Source: an uncultured bacterium (GTDB lineage Bacteria > Krumholzibacteriota > Krumholzibacteriia > JACNKJ01). From it: a DNA stretch of 64,000 nt. The translations under genes were made by a program, and so were the position numbers. Positions within the stretch are counted from its first letter, which is position 1, and every line of letters starts with the position of its first letter. The notes under the pieces are model-generated. The model saw only the letters and a list, made by a program, of their open reading frames with translations, was not told where the DNA came from and did no database searches. The DNA lies in contig CAVOFT010000001.1 in NCBI GenBank assembly GCA_963695095.1, forward strand, positions 2,880,001-2,944,000, in the 5' to 3' direction. This document shows, piece by piece, positions 1 to 11,026 of the stretch.

Positions 1-48
1 GCGCCGGCAGGCCGTCTAGGCTCGCGGCCTAGCCGGCGGAGGTCGCGC

Positions 49-834
49 ATGATCCGTTCCCGCGCCGTCGTGGCGCTTCTTCTCCTCGCCCTGCTCGGGG
101 CCGCCTGCGGACGCCGCGGGCCGGAACGCATCCACTTCTACGCCGCCGCCAGTCTCACCGATGCGGTCGCCGAGATCGTCACGGCCTGGGAGGCGGATGG
201 CGGCCGGCCCCCCGTGCTGCCGGTCTTCGCCAGCAGCTCCACGCTGGCGCGACAGATCCGCGAAGGCGCCCCCGCCCAGCTCTTCCTGTCCGCCAACGAG
301 CAGTGGATGGACTACCTGGTCCACGAGACCGAGCGCGTGCGCTCCGACAGCCGCCTGGATCTCCTCGCCAACCGCCTGGTGCTCGTCGTGCCGCCCGGCA
401 ATCCGGCCGGCATCGACTCCCCGGCGGATCTGACCCAGCGCATCGACGGGCTGGCGATCGGCGATCCCGATCACGTGCCCGCGGGCATCTACGCCGTCGC
501 CTGGCTCCAGAGCGCCGGGCTCTGGCAGCAGGTCAAGCGCGAGCTGCGGCCGGCCAAGGACGTGCGCGCGGCCCTCGCCTACGTGGAGAAGGGCAGCGTG
601 GACGCCGGCATCGTCTACTTCACCGATGCGCAGGCGGGCAACGTGGAAGTGGTGGCCGTCCTCGACGGCCGGCTCGCGCCGCCCATCCGCTACCCGCTCG
701 CGCTCATCGAGCCCGAGGACGATGACGAGGAACTCGCGCCCGCGGCCCTGAGCTTCTACCGCTGGCTGACCAGCCCGCGCGCGGCGGCCATCTTCCGCAG
801 GCACGGCTTCCTCACCCTGGCGGAAGGCCGGTGA
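49..834 (+). CDS. modA: Molybdate ABC transporter substrate-binding lipoprotein
   Basis: Lipobox LGAAC; motifs YAAASLTDA, FASSSTLARQI, GDPDHVPAGIYA, DVRAAL, I.YP; first gene of an overlapping operon. Confidence 0.95.
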   Translation: MIRSRAVVALLLLALLGAACGRRGPERIHFYAAASLTDAVAEIVTAWEADGGRPPVLPVFASSSTLARQIREGAPAQLFLSANEQWMDYLVHETERVRSDSRLDLLANRLVLVVPPGNPAGIDSPADLTQRIDGLAIGDPDHVPAGIYAVAWLQSAGLWQQVKRELRPAKDVRAALAYVEKGSVDAGIVYFTDAQAGNVEVVAVLDGRLAPPIRYPLALIEPEDDDEELAPAALSFYRWLTSPRAAAIFRRHGFLTLAEGR

Positions 835-1505
835 GCGCGGCCGAGTGGCAGGCCCTGAGCCTCTCGCTGCGCGTGAGCCTCGTGGCCACGCTGGTCGCCC
901 TGCCGCTGGGCCTCGTCATCGCCGCCTGGCTGGCCCGCGGCGCCAGCCGCCTGCGCTGGCTGGTCGATGCCCTCGTCCAGATTCCTCTGGTGCTGCCGCC
1001 CCTGGTCACCGGCTACCTCTTGCTGCTGCTGCTGGGCCGGCGCGGGCCGCTGGGCCGGCTGCTGGCGCCCCTCGGGCTGGACTTCGCCTTCGACTGGAAG
1101 GGCGCCGCGCTCGCGGCGGCAGTGGTCTCCTTCCCGCTGCTCGTGCGCGCCGCGCAGGTCGCCTTCGCCGCCGTTGACCCGCGGCTGCCGCTGGCCGCGC
1201 GCAGCCTGGGAGCGAGCCGTCTGGACTGCTTCTTCACGGTGACGCTGCCCCTCGCTCGCCGCGGCATTCTCGCCGGCCTCCTGCTCGCCTTCACGCGCGG
1301 CTTCGGCGAATTCGGCGCCACGATCGTGCTGGCGAGCAACATCCCCGGCGAGACGCGAACCGTGCCCTTGGCCATCTACTCCCTCATCGAGAGCGCGGAC
1401 GGCGAGGCGGCCGCCGGCCGGCTCGTCCTGGTCTGCGTGGCCGTGAGCCTGGCGGCGATGCTCGGCGTGCAGCTCCTGCAGCCGCGCGCGAGCCGGGAGC
1501 GCTGA
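831..1505 (+). CDS. modB: Molybdate ABC transporter permease
   Basis: PLVLPPLVTGY, FTRGFGEFGAT, NIPGETRT.PLAIY; GTGA overlap with modA. Confidence 0.95.
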   Translation: MSAAEWQALSLSLRVSLVATLVALPLGLVIAAWLARGASRLRWLVDALVQIPLVLPPLVTGYLLLLLLGRRGPLGRLLAPLGLDFAFDWKGAALAAAVVSFPLLVRAAQVAFAAVDPRLPLAARSLGASRLDCFFTVTLPLARRGILAGLLLAFTRGFGEFGATIVLASNIPGETRTVPLAIYSLIESADGEAAAGRLVLVCVAVSLAAMLGVQLLQPRASRER

Positions 1506-1506
1506 G

Positions 1507-2199
1507 GTGCTGCGCCTGGATCTCGAGTTGCGCCGCGGCGACTTCCGTCTGCAGGTGGATCTGACGATCGCCGCGCGCGTCTGCGCCATCGTCGGTCCCA
1601 GCGGCGCCGGCAAGACCAGCCTGCTCGAGGCCGTGGCCGGTCTGGCCCGGCCCGAGAGTGGGCGAATCGAGCTGGACGGCGTCACCCTCTTCGACGCCGC
1701 CGCCGGCATCGACCTGCCGCCGGAGCGGCGGCAGCTCGGTTACGTCTTCCAGGACGGCGCGCTCTTTCCCCACCTCAGCGTGGCGGGCAATCTGCGCTAC
1801 GGGCTGCGGCGCCGGCAGGGCGCGGGCCCCGCCTGGGGCGAAGTGGTCGAGGTGCTGGGCCTGGCCGGCCTGCTCGCGCGCCCCGTGACCGGCCTGTCCG
1901 GCGGCGAGCGGCAGCGCGTCGGCCTGGGTCGCGCCCTGCTCGCCGCTCCCCGCCTGCTCCTGCTCGACGAGCCGCTGGCCAGTCTCGATGCGGAGTTGAA
2001 GCTGCGCATCCTGAGCTTCCTGGCCCGCGGTGTCGAGGCCTTCGGCGTGCCGGTGCTCTACGTCTCCCACTCGACGCGGGAACTGCTCGAGCTCGCCGAG
2101 CACGCCGTGCTGCTCGCCTCCGGCCGCGTCACCGCCGCGGGCCCACCTGCGGCCCTTTTCGCGCCGGACGGCCCGGCCGCGCGGCTGGCCCTCTATTGA
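1507..2199 (+). CDS. modC: Molybdate ABC transporter ATPase (short, no TOBE domains)
   Basis: Walker A GPSGAGKT, GYVFQD, LSGGERQRV, LLLLDEP. Confidence 0.92.
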   Translation: MLRLDLELRRGDFRLQVDLTIAARVCAIVGPSGAGKTSLLEAVAGLARPESGRIELDGVTLFDAAAGIDLPPERRQLGYVFQDGALFPHLSVAGNLRYGLRRRQGAGPAWGEVVEVLGLAGLLARPVTGLSGGERQRVGLGRALLAAPRLLLLDEPLASLDAELKLRILSFLARGVEAFGVPVLYVSHSTRELLELAEHAVLLASGRVTAAGPPAALFAPDGPAARLALY

Positions 2200-2303
2200 C
2201 GTCGCCCCCGGCTTGACGCTCCCCCCGGCTGCGCACTACTGTGGGCCCAATCGTGGCGGGATCCGCACCCGCCTGCACCCGTGACCGTGCAAGGAGATGG
2301 GAT

Positions 2304-3959
2304 ATGACTTTCCAGGACAAGCTGGCCGGCCTGCTCACCAGCCGCGGCAAGGCCGTGCACGACAATCCTCCCCGTGCCGAGCTGATCCGCGCGGCGCTGG
2401 CCAACGGCGAGGCCGTGGCGGCCACGTGCGGCGCCCTCGTCACCTGGACTCCGCCCGAGTCCACCGGCCGCAGCCCGAAGGACACGGTCATCGTTCGCCG
2501 CCCCGAGAGCGAGCAGACTATCGACTGGAGCGCGGCCAACAACATCCCGCTCGATCCCGAGACCATGGACATGGTGCTCGAGGACGCGCTGGCCGCCTTC
2601 ACGCGCCTGCCCCGCCTCTACAAGATCAACCGGCTGGTCGGCGCCGACCCGGCCTACACCCTGCCCGTGCACATGGTGAGCAGCCACGCCCTGCACTCGG
2701 TCTTCGCCGACAACATGTTCCGGCCCTGGTCGGACGCGGAGGTCAAGCAGAGCGTCTTCAAGGACAGGCCCTTCACCCTGATCGCCCTGCCCTACGAGAA
2801 GCTCGACCCCAAGCGCTATGCCGGCCGCCTGCGCGAGGATCCGCGCCTGGGCCACACCTCGACGATGGTGGTGGCCATGGACTTCGATCGGCGCCTCGGC
2901 GTCGTCTACGGCTCGGCCTACTGCGGCAGCGTCAAGAAGCTGATCTTCACCGTGATGAACTACATCCTGCCGCCGGCGGGCATCCTGCCCCTGCACTGCA
3001 GCGCCAACGAGGGGCCCAAGGGGGACAGCGCTCTCCTGCTCGGCCTGTCGGGCACGGGCAAGACCACGCTGTCGGCGGATCCCGGCCGCGCCCTGCTCGG
3101 CGACGACGAGCATGGCTGGAGCGAGGCCGGCATCGCCAACTTCGAGCACGGCTGCTACGCCAAGCTCATCGACCTCGACCCTGCCAAGGAGCCGGAAATC
3201 CACAAGGCCTGCTTCCACGAAGCGCCGGTGGAGCAGCACGGCGCCGTCATCGAGAACACGATGATGTGGCCGGACGGCAGCTTCGATCTCTACGATGCCC
3301 GCCTCACGCCCAACAGCCGGGGCAGCTATCCGCTCAGCTATCTCAGCAACATCAAGCCGAGCTCGATGGCCGGCCATCCGAAGGCCATCCTCTTCCTCAC
3401 CGCCGACGCCAACGGCGTCATTCCGCCGGTGAGCAAGCTGACCCGCGAGCAGGCCATGCTCTGGTTCCTGATGGGCTACACGAGCAAGCTGGCGGGCACG
3501 GAGACCGGCATCGTCGATCCGGTGAGCACCTTCTCGCGCTTCTTCGGCGCCCCCTTCATGCCCCGCAACCCGGACGACTACGCGTCGATGCTCGGCCGCA
3601 AGCTGGACGAGCACGGCACGCAGGTCTTCCTCATCAACACCGGCTGGTCGGGCGGGGCCTACGGCGAAGGCCACCGCATGGACATCAACCTCACGCGCAG
3701 CATGGTCAACGCCGCGCTCGCCGGCGCCCTGGACAGCGTGGACTGCGAGGCCGATCCCATCTTCAAGGTGCTGGTGCCGACCAGCTGCCCGGGAGTGGCG
3801 GATCCCAGCATCCTGAAGCCGGTGAACACCTGGAAGGACAAGGCCGCCTTCACCGCCCGGGCCCGCAAGCTGGCCGGCGAGTTCGCGTCCCAGTTCGACA
3901 AGGCCTACGGCGACAAGGGCATCGATGCCGCCGTGGCCGCCGCCTGCCCCGGCCGCTAG
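2304..3959 (+). CDS. pckA: Phosphoenolpyruvate carboxykinase (ATP)
   Basis: TGRSPKD, LHCSAN, GLSGTGKTTLS, LGDDEHGW, NFE.GCYAK, INTGWSGG; AAGGAG RBS before ATG 2304. Confidence 0.95.
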   Translation: MTFQDKLAGLLTSRGKAVHDNPPRAELIRAALANGEAVAATCGALVTWTPPESTGRSPKDTVIVRRPESEQTIDWSAANNIPLDPETMDMVLEDALAAFTRLPRLYKINRLVGADPAYTLPVHMVSSHALHSVFADNMFRPWSDAEVKQSVFKDRPFTLIALPYEKLDPKRYAGRLREDPRLGHTSTMVVAMDFDRRLGVVYGSAYCGSVKKLIFTVMNYILPPAGILPLHCSANEGPKGDSALLLGLSGTGKTTLSADPGRALLGDDEHGWSEAGIANFEHGCYAKLIDLDPAKEPEIHKACFHEAPVEQHGAVIENTMMWPDGSFDLYDARLTPNSRGSYPLSYLSNIKPSSMAGHPKAILFLTADANGVIPPVSKLTREQAMLWFLMGYTSKLAGTETGIVDPVSTFSRFFGAPFMPRNPDDYASMLGRKLDEHGTQVFLINTGWSGGAYGEGHRMDINLTRSMVNAALAGALDSVDCEADPIFKVLVPTSCPGVADPSILKPVNTWKDKAAFTARARKLAGEFASQFDKAYGDKGIDAAVAAACPGR

Positions 3960-3967
3960 CGCGCCCG

Positions 3968-3996
3968 TTGACGGGGGCAGGGCGCCCCGCTAGACT
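3968..3996 (+). promoter_or_regulatory. Sigma70-like promoter TTGACG-N17-TAGACT
   Basis: Near-consensus boxes with 17-bp spacer upstream of the ORF at 4042. Confidence 0.55.
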
Positions 3997-4041
3997 CAGG
4001 GCCGGCTCCCTGCCCGGGAGCCGGCCGCTACTACTCCCGAG

Positions 4042-4758
4042 GTGCTCATGCTGCGCCGGCCACTCCTGCGCGATCCCTTCCTCGCCGCCGCCGTGGCCAT
4101 CCTGGTCGGCCTGGCGGCGCCGGCCGCGGCCCGCGCGGCCGGCCGCGGCTTGCAGGAACCCAGGGACCCGCTGCGCTCGACCTTCGCCATCAGCTTCGGC
4201 GTGCTCGAGCTCGCGGACGAGGCCTACGGGGACTTCTTCGATCGCGGCGAGCTGAACACCTGGACCCTGCGCTACGACTACCGGGTCTGGGGACCCTTCC
4301 GCCTCGGCAGCGCCCTGGCGGCGAGCCGGAAGAGCGAAGTCGCGCGCGAGGTCTCGCTCGGCAGCGCGGCCTACCCCGTCCGCTACCGCTTCAGCGCCTT
4401 CACCGCCTTCGGCGAGCTGTTCCTGCGCAGCGAGTTGCCGAGCCTGGGCTTTCTGCATCCGCAGGTCAGCGCCGGCCTGCTCGTCAGCCGCATCCACGCC
4501 GAGAGCAGCGGCTATAGCCTGGGCTACGAGGCGGGCTGGGAGGACTATCGCCCGCTCGACGAAGTCGTCAAGTACGGCCACGGCTGGCGCGCCGCCCTGG
4601 GCCTGCACTGGCCCCTCTGGGCCAACGTGGCGCTCTACGCGGAAGGCAGCCGCCAGGAGCTGGACCGCTACGACGCCCCGGTGGACCGCGATCCGCCCGT
4701 GGGCAGCTTCAGCCACAGCGGCGACCGCCTCGAAATCGGCCTCCAGCAGAGCTTCTAG
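4042..4758 (+). CDS. Putative outer-membrane beta-barrel protein
   Basis: Signal peptide, alternating amphipathic strands, C-terminal ...LEIGLQQSF; start may be 4048. Confidence 0.6.
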   Translation: MLMLRRPLLRDPFLAAAVAILVGLAAPAAARAAGRGLQEPRDPLRSTFAISFGVLELADEAYGDFFDRGELNTWTLRYDYRVWGPFRLGSALAASRKSEVAREVSLGSAAYPVRYRFSAFTAFGELFLRSELPSLGFLHPQVSAGLLVSRIHAESSGYSLGYEAGWEDYRPLDEVVKYGHGWRAALGLHWPLWANVALYAEGSRQELDRYDAPVDRDPPVGSFSHSGDRLEIGLQQSF

Positions 4759-4887
4759 CCGGCTCAGACCGGCGCTTGCCGCCCCTGGCTACTCCCTGGT
4801 ATGATTAGGGCCGCTGGGCGCGCCGCTCTGCCCCCGTGGATGCGGCCCGCGGCGCCCTGCCACTCGCCCTCGCGCCAAGGAGTCCCC

Positions 4888-7354
4888 ATGTCCAAGCGCC
4901 TCGTTGCCGCCCTGGCCTTGCTTTGCTGCTGCGTTCCCCTCGCGCTCGCCGACGGCGGCACGGGCAAGCGGCTCGTCCGCGTGGCCGGCTCCGGGGAGAG
5001 CGGACCCGCCCTGGCCGACCACGGGCTCCTGCTCGTCGCCGAGCTGCCGGAGGGCGACGGCTACCTCGCCTTCGCGGACGCTGCCGAGCTGGCGCGCCTG
5101 GCCGCCTGGGGCCGCGCGGTCGAGGTGCTCGACGCCATGGACGACGGCAGCCGCGAGTACCTGATCGCCTATCGCCACGCGCCGGGCGTGCTCCACACCC
5201 AGCACCCCGATCCCGCGGGCGCGCGCCTGCTGTGGACGGGCGCAAGCTATCGCCTGCTCAGCGTGCCGGCCGGGGACCTGGCGCTCACGCCGAGCTGCTT
5301 GCCCGACATCCAGCGCGTCTTCCGCCGGCCTCTGCGCTTCGTGCGCAGCCCCTGGGTGGAGCCCTCTCCGCAGCGGGACGTCGATCCCCAGATCGCCGCG
5401 ATGGTGGCGGGCGTCGTCCAGAGCGAGCTGCAGAGCCAGGTGCAGACCCTGCAGAACTTCGGCACCCGCCATTCGCAGTACGCGGGCGGCCTGTCGGCCT
5501 CGCAGTGGATCCGCGACCAGTTCCTCGCCTACGGCTACACGGACGTGAGCTTCCACGACTACAACAGCTGGAACGACAACGTGGTCTGCGTGAAGCCGGG
5601 CGCGGTCTACCCCGATCGCTACGTCGTGATCGGCGGCCACTACGATTCCACCAACTTCAGCGGCGACAGCTATGCGCCTGGCGCCGACGACAACGCCACC
5701 GGCACCGTGGGCGTGCTCCAGGCCGCGAAGGCCTTCGCGGCGGGTGAGTTCGAGTACACGACCATCTTCATCGCCTTCAGCGGCGAGGAGCAGGGCCTGG
5801 TCGGCAGCGACGCCTGGGCCGCGGCGGCCGCGGCGGCGGGCATGGACATCGTCGGCATGCTGAACCTGGACATGCTCTGCTACAAGGCGACGAGCGACGC
5901 CGAGGACATCGACATCATCAGCAACGCCTCCAGCGATCCGCTGGCGGACCTGGCCTACGCGGCGATCGCCGCCTACGTGCCCGAGCTGGCCGCCGTCGAA
6001 GGCTACCTGTCCGGCGGCAGCAGCGACCACGCCTCCTTCTGGGGCAACGGCTTCCGGGCCATCTTCTTCTTCGAGGACAGCAACGCCTACAGCCCCTACA
6101 TCCACACCGCTAACGACATCATCGGCACCAGCGCCAACAACTTCGACTTCATGTTCAAGAACGTGAAGGCGGCGGTCGCCACCTTCGCCGTCATGGCGCG
6201 GCCCTTCCACATCGCCATCCAGCACGAGGCGCTCGCGCACAGCGAAAGCCTGGGGCCCTTCACCGTCAGCGCCCTCATCCAGGCCGCCGCGCCGCTCGCG
6301 CCGGCCAGCCTGCTCCTCCACTATCGCGCGAACGGCGGCTCCTTCCTGACGCTGCCGCTCGCGGCCACCGGTCAGCCGGACGAGTACGCGGCCACGATTC
6401 CCGGCGCAAGCGCCGGGCAGCCTGGTGGAGTACTACCTGAGCGCGGCCGACCAGTCCGGCTACACGGCGACGGCGCCCGAGGGCGCGCCGGCCCTGCTCC
6501 ATGCTTTCCGCACGGGCGTCACGGCCGTGCTCCGCGATGACGTCGAGGCCGACCTGGGCTGGACCCTGGGCGCCGCCGGCGACGATGCCACGACGGGCCT
6601 GTGGATCCGCGCCGATCCCGTGGGCACCAGCTACCAGCCGGAGTACGACCACACGCCCGATCCCGGCGTGCTCTGCTTCGTCACGGGCAACGGCGCCCCC
6701 GGCGGCAGCGCGGGCGACCAGGACGTGGACGGCGGCAAGACCACCCTGCTCTCGCCGCTCTTCGACCTCGAGGGCGCGAGCTGGGCCGGGCTCTCCTACT
6801 GGCGCTGGTACACGGACGAGACCAGCCACGACGACGACTTCCTCGTGGACATCTCCAACGACGGCGGCGCGAGCTGGGTGAGCCTGGAGATCGTCGCCGA
6901 CAGCGCCTATCCCTGGGTGAAGGCCGTCTTCGACGACCTGGGGACCATCCTGCCCCTCACCAGCCAGATGCGCCTGCGCTTCATCGCCAGCGACACGGGC
7001 AGCGGCAGCCTGGTGGAAGCGCTCATCGATGACTTCGAGGTCGTGGCCGTCACCGACGACCTCACCGGCGTGGAGCCGGATCCGGCGGCGCCCGCCGCCC
7101 GCCTGGCCGCCTACCCCAACCCCTTCAACCCGAAGACGAGCCTGCGCCTCAGCCTGCCCAGCGCCGGGCGCGCCGAGCTGCGCGTCTTCGACGCCGTCGG
7201 CGCCGAGGTAGCCCGGCTCCTCGACGGGCCGGCCGCGGCCGGCCCCCTCGAGCTCAGCTGGGACGCCGGGGCTCTGCCCAGCGGCCTCTACTTCGCGCGG
7301 CTCAGCCTCGACGGCCGGCCGGTGACGAGCCTCAAGCTCACTCTTCTCAAGTAA
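4888..7354 (+). CDS. Secreted M28-family metallopeptidase with C-terminal FlgD/T9SS-like domain (one frameshift near 6400)
   Basis: GGHYDS, PGADDNATG, FSGEEQGLVGS, NLDM, SDHASF, IHT; removing one C near 6400 joins ATIPAQAPGSLVEYYL; ends YPNPFNP...SGLYFARL...KLTLLK. Confidence 0.85.
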
Positions 7355-7419
7355 GGGACTCGCGGGCCTGCGGCCGAGCGCCGCTTCACAGGCGCTCGGC
7401 CCGCAGGTCCGCGAGCCCC
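7355..7419 (+). repeat. Long GC-rich inverted repeat directly after the peptidase stop codon
   Basis: ctcgcgggcctgcgg-ccgagcgcc / ggcgctcgg-c-ccgcaggtccgcgag; no U-tract. Confidence 0.7.
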
Positions 7420-7557
7420 CACTCGAGCCCGCCAGCTCGAGCCCGCCCCATTGACGAGCGAGGAGAGCCGCTTCTTATTGAAGGGTCTGCCGGTCTGGCG
7501 GAGCTAGGAAATCGGGTCGCGGCCCAGGCGCGCCCATGCACACAGGGGGGATGATCG

Positions 7558-9075
7558 ATGAAGGACTTCATGCGCACACTGAGGCTCACCGAGGTCAACT
7601 CCGGGGCCAGCACCCGCGAGTGGATCGCCAAGCCGGGCGGCGGCGAGCTGGCCGTCTTCTCGCCCGGCGACGGCAGCCGGATCGGCACGGTGCTGCAGGC
7701 CGGGCCCGCGGACTACGACAAGGTCGCCGCCGAAGCCCTCGCAGCCTTTCACGAGTGGCGCCTGGTGCCCGCGCCCCAGCGCGGCCTCATCGTGCGCGAG
7801 TTCGCCAACGCCTTCCGCGAGTACAAGGAGCCCCTGGGCAAGCTCGTCAGCTACGAGATGGGCAAGATCTACACGGAAGGCCTGGGCGAAGTGCAGGAGA
7901 TGATCGACGTCGCCGACTACGCCGTCGGCCTCTCGCGCACCATCGGCGGGCCCACCCTGCCCAGCGAGCGCCCCGGCCACCGGCTCATGGAGCAGTGGCA
8001 TCCCCTCGGCCCCATCGGCATCGTCACGGCCTTCAACTTTCCCGTCGCCGTCTGGGCCTGGAACGCGATGCTCGCCGCCGTCTGCGGCGACACCTGCATC
8101 TGGAAGCCCTCCAGCAAGACGCCGCTGACGGCGATCGCCATCCAGCACCTTTGCAACGACGTGATGAAGGCCCACGGGCTGCCCTCCATCTTCAACCTGG
8201 TGGTCGGGCGCGGCTCCGCCGTGGGCGAGCTGATGATCGCCGACCGCCGCCTGCCCCTGATCAGCGCCACGGGCTCCGTGCGCATGGGCCGGCACATCGG
8301 CGAAGTGGTCGCCCGGCGCCTGGGCCGCAGCCTGCTGGAGCTGGGCGGCAACAACGCCGTCATCGTGGACGCCTCGGCGGACCTGGACATGGCCTTCAAC
8401 GGGGTCATCTTCGGCGCCGTCGGCACGGCCGGCCAGCGCTGCACGAGCACGCGCCGGCTCTTCCTGCACGAGTCCATCGCCGAGCCCTTCCTGGCCCGGC
8501 TGGTCGCGGCTTACGGGCGCGTGCCCATCGGCGATCCCCTGGATCCCAAGACCCTCATGGGCCCGCTGATCGACGAGGGCGCGGTGGACGACATGCTGAA
8601 GGCCCTGGCGGCGGCCAAGGCCCAGGGCGGCGAAATCCTCACCGGCGGCGAGCGCCTGGACCGGCCCGGCTCCTACGTCCAGCCCACCATCGTGCGCGGC
8701 CCCCGCGACATGGCGATCGTGCGCGACGAGACCTTCGCGCCCATCCTCTACGCCTTCACCTTCACCGACATCGACGAGGTGATCGCCCAGCACAACAGCG
8801 TGGACCAGGGGCTGTCGAGCAGCATCTTCAGCCGGGACTTCCTCAACATCGAGCGCTTCCTGGGCCCGGCCGGCAGCGACTGCGGCATCGCCAACGTCAA
8901 CGCCGGCACCAGCGGCGCGGAGATCGGCGGCGCCTTCGGCGGCGAGAAGGAGACCGGCGGCGGCCGCGAGTCGGGCAGCGACAGCTGGAAGCTCTACATG
9001 CGGCGCCAGACCAACACGATCAATGCCAGCCGGGCCATGCCGCTGGCCCAGGGCGTGCAGTTCGACCTGGAGTAA
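7558..9075 (+). CDS. Aldehyde dehydrogenase, ALDH7/piperideine-6-carboxylate dehydrogenase-like
   Basis: TAFNFPVAVWAWN, LELGGNNA, GTAGQRCT, ETFAPILY, GAEIGGAFGGEKETGGGRESGSD. Confidence 0.9.
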   Translation: MKDFMRTLRLTEVNSGASTREWIAKPGGGELAVFSPGDGSRIGTVLQAGPADYDKVAAEALAAFHEWRLVPAPQRGLIVREFANAFREYKEPLGKLVSYEMGKIYTEGLGEVQEMIDVADYAVGLSRTIGGPTLPSERPGHRLMEQWHPLGPIGIVTAFNFPVAVWAWNAMLAAVCGDTCIWKPSSKTPLTAIAIQHLCNDVMKAHGLPSIFNLVVGRGSAVGELMIADRRLPLISATGSVRMGRHIGEVVARRLGRSLLELGGNNAVIVDASADLDMAFNGVIFGAVGTAGQRCTSTRRLFLHESIAEPFLARLVAAYGRVPIGDPLDPKTLMGPLIDEGAVDDMLKALAAAKAQGGEILTGGERLDRPGSYVQPTIVRGPRDMAIVRDETFAPILYAFTFTDIDEVIAQHNSVDQGLSSSIFSRDFLNIERFLGPAGSDCGIANVNAGTSGAEIGGAFGGEKETGGGRESGSDSWKLYMRRQTNTINASRAMPLAQGVQFDLE

Positions 9076-9112
9076 GCGCCGGCGGCCGCGGCGGCGCCGA
9101 GCAGCGGGAAAA

Positions 9113-9148
9113 GAAGAAGGGAGTCCGGCGAACCGGACTCCCTTCTTC
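9113..9148. terminator. Bidirectional hairpin terminator between convergent genes
   Basis: gaagaagggagtccgg-cgaa-ccggactcccttcttc perfect 16-bp stem. Confidence 0.85.
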
Positions 9149-9170
9149 GCTGCAAGAACCGGGGTCGAGC

Positions 9171-9878
9171 CTAGTAGAGCGCCTTGACGCTGGACCAGGT
9201 CGAATTGTCCGTGGCCGTGGTCTCGAGACCCAGCGAGTAAGCGACATCGCGGGGACCCGTGGTGCTGGTCTGGCTGTAGGGCGTCCAGCGGGGATAGCCC
9301 CAGAACGCGCCGTCGCGATAGGCCTCGCCGCAGCCGTAGATGATGTCGGTGTTCAGCACACCGGCATAGGGAGCAGCCTGCACCGTGCCCGTGTCCATCT
9401 GGAAGCCAATCGACATGCCGGTCGTGATCGTGATCGGCGCCGGCAGCTGGGCCTCCATGTAGTAGATCCAGTAGCTGGGATCATTCTGATTCACCGTGGT
9501 CATCTGGGCCCAGGTGAAGTAGTGCGTCGTGACCGCGGTCTGGCCGGGAGGGCACTGACCGTTGTAGATGCGGATGTAGAGGCCATTGGGCGTGACGCCC
9601 GCGGCGCCCCACTGGATGCCATAGACGCCGACCTCGTTGAAGGACTGGCCGACCAGGCTGTTGGGAATGCCATCGGCGATCTCGGAGGCATAGGCCACCG
9701 AGGAGTTGCCGGCGGAGAGGTTGTACGGGCCAGTGGAAGCGGGCTGCGAGTAGAAGATGGCCCGGCCCATCTCGACATCGGCGCCGAAGCCGTCGGTCTC
9801 GATCGAGGAGGGACCGGCGGCCAGCGCCGTCGTCGCGCCCAGCGCGAGGATCGCAAGCAGAGTGAGCATTTTCTTCAT
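9171..9878 (-). CDS. Secreted hypothetical protein with C-terminal STWSSVKALY tail
   Basis: Sec signal MKKMLTLLAILALGATTALA; AAGGGG RBS; tail motif. Confidence 0.8.
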   Translation of the reverse strand: MKKMLTLLAILALGATTALAAGPSSIETDGFGADVEMGRAIFYSQPASTGPYNLSAGNSSVAYASEIADGIPNSLVGQSFNEVGVYGIQWGAAGVTPNGLYIRIYNGQCPPGQTAVTTHYFTWAQMTTVNQNDPSYWIYYMEAQLPAPITITTGMSIGFQMDTGTVQAAPYAGVLNTDIIYGCGEAYRDGAFWGYPRWTPYSQTSTTGPRDVAYSLGLETTATDNSTWSSVKALY

Positions 9879-10061
9879 CTGGTGTCATCCCCTTGAACGT
9901 TGTGAGGATTCGCCGCCATCGGGGGCCGCCCAGGAGCGGCCTCCCAAGAGGCGGTCGGCGGGACTCAAGGCCCCACCGCTGCATAATTTAACCATAGAGA
10001 ATGGCGGGTTGTCCAGTCCCGGAGACGGCCACGGGGCGCGGAAACCCCCATATCGAAAACG

Positions 10062-10093
10062 AAAACGGGCGGGGGCTTGCGGCCCCCGCCCGT
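10062..10093 (-). terminator. Rho-independent terminator
   Basis: acgggcgggggc/gcccccgcccgt stem; aaaa on + strand gives a U-tract on the - strand. Confidence 0.75.
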
Positions 10094-10132
10094 CCTGCTT
10101 CGCCGCGATCCCGAAGGATCGCTCAACTCAAA

Positions 10133-10831
10133 CTAGTACAGAGACTTGACCGAGCTCATCGTGGCATCCTCGACAGCCGTGGTCACGCTGTAGAGGCAGA
10201 AGGCCATCCCGACGTAGGGCTGCACGGTCCAGTAGGGGATGTCCAGGAGAGGGAAGCCCTGCAGGGGAGCGCCGCAGTCGCCGCCTTCGGCGATGCAAGT
10301 CTGCCAGCCCCACTGGCCCTCGTCCGTGAACACCATGACGCCCTGGACCTCGACCCAGTAGCGCTGACCGGCGGTCTGCGCAACCGGCGTGATGTTCGCC
10401 GACACCGCATACCAGCCGTTGGTCACGTCATAGGTCTCGGTGAAGGTGTGAACTTCCTGCGTGGAGTGCAGGGCGCCGGGATAGCAGGCACCATTGTCCA
10501 GGTAGAAGGTCACGACGTAGTAGTCCACGGTGCCCGGGGTGACGGGGTAGTTCCAGTACTGGCCCCACCAGTCCATGGCATCGACGGAGGTGCCGCTGGC
10601 CGCGACGTAGTCGTCGGCGCAGCCGGAATCAAACGGATACACGAGATCGATCTGGCTGGAGAGGCCGGTGCCCGCAGGATCCGGCATCTGGCAGAACAGG
10701 GTGACGTCGCGGCTCGTGGTGACGCCGGGACCGCCGTTCCCCATCGGGGACGCGCTATCGAGCGTCGCGGCCGAAGCCAGCGAAGCCGTCATCAGAAGCG
10801 CAAAGAGGGCCATCAGTAGCTTGGAATGCAT
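10133..10831 (-). CDS. Secreted hypothetical protein with C-terminal VEDATMSSVKSLY tail
   Basis: Sec signal, AGGAGG RBS, several Cys, tail motif. Confidence 0.8.
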   Translation of the reverse strand: MHSKLLMALFALLMTASLASAATLDSASPMGNGGPGVTTSRDVTLFCQMPDPAGTGLSSQIDLVYPFDSGCADDYVAASGTSVDAMDWWGQYWNYPVTPGTVDYYVVTFYLDNGACYPGALHSTQEVHTFTETYDVTNGWYAVSANITPVAQTAGQRYWVEVQGVMVFTDEGQWGWQTCIAEGGDCGAPLQGFPLLDIPYWTVQPYVGMAFCLYSVTTAVEDATMSSVKSLY

Positions 10832-11026
10832 GTTGTTCCTCCTGTAGCGTAATCAAGCTGAGTGGCAATGGAAGCTCCGCAACTACCTTGTGCGCACATG
10901 AACACTGGCCTGCGGTATGCCTCAGCCATGCAGAGTATGGCACGAATCGGCCTGCGCGTGCAAGGGCTCTCAGGGGGCCTCAGGGCCCGATTTGGCGGGC
11001 TTTCAGGACCTTCCGGTCCCTATTCT

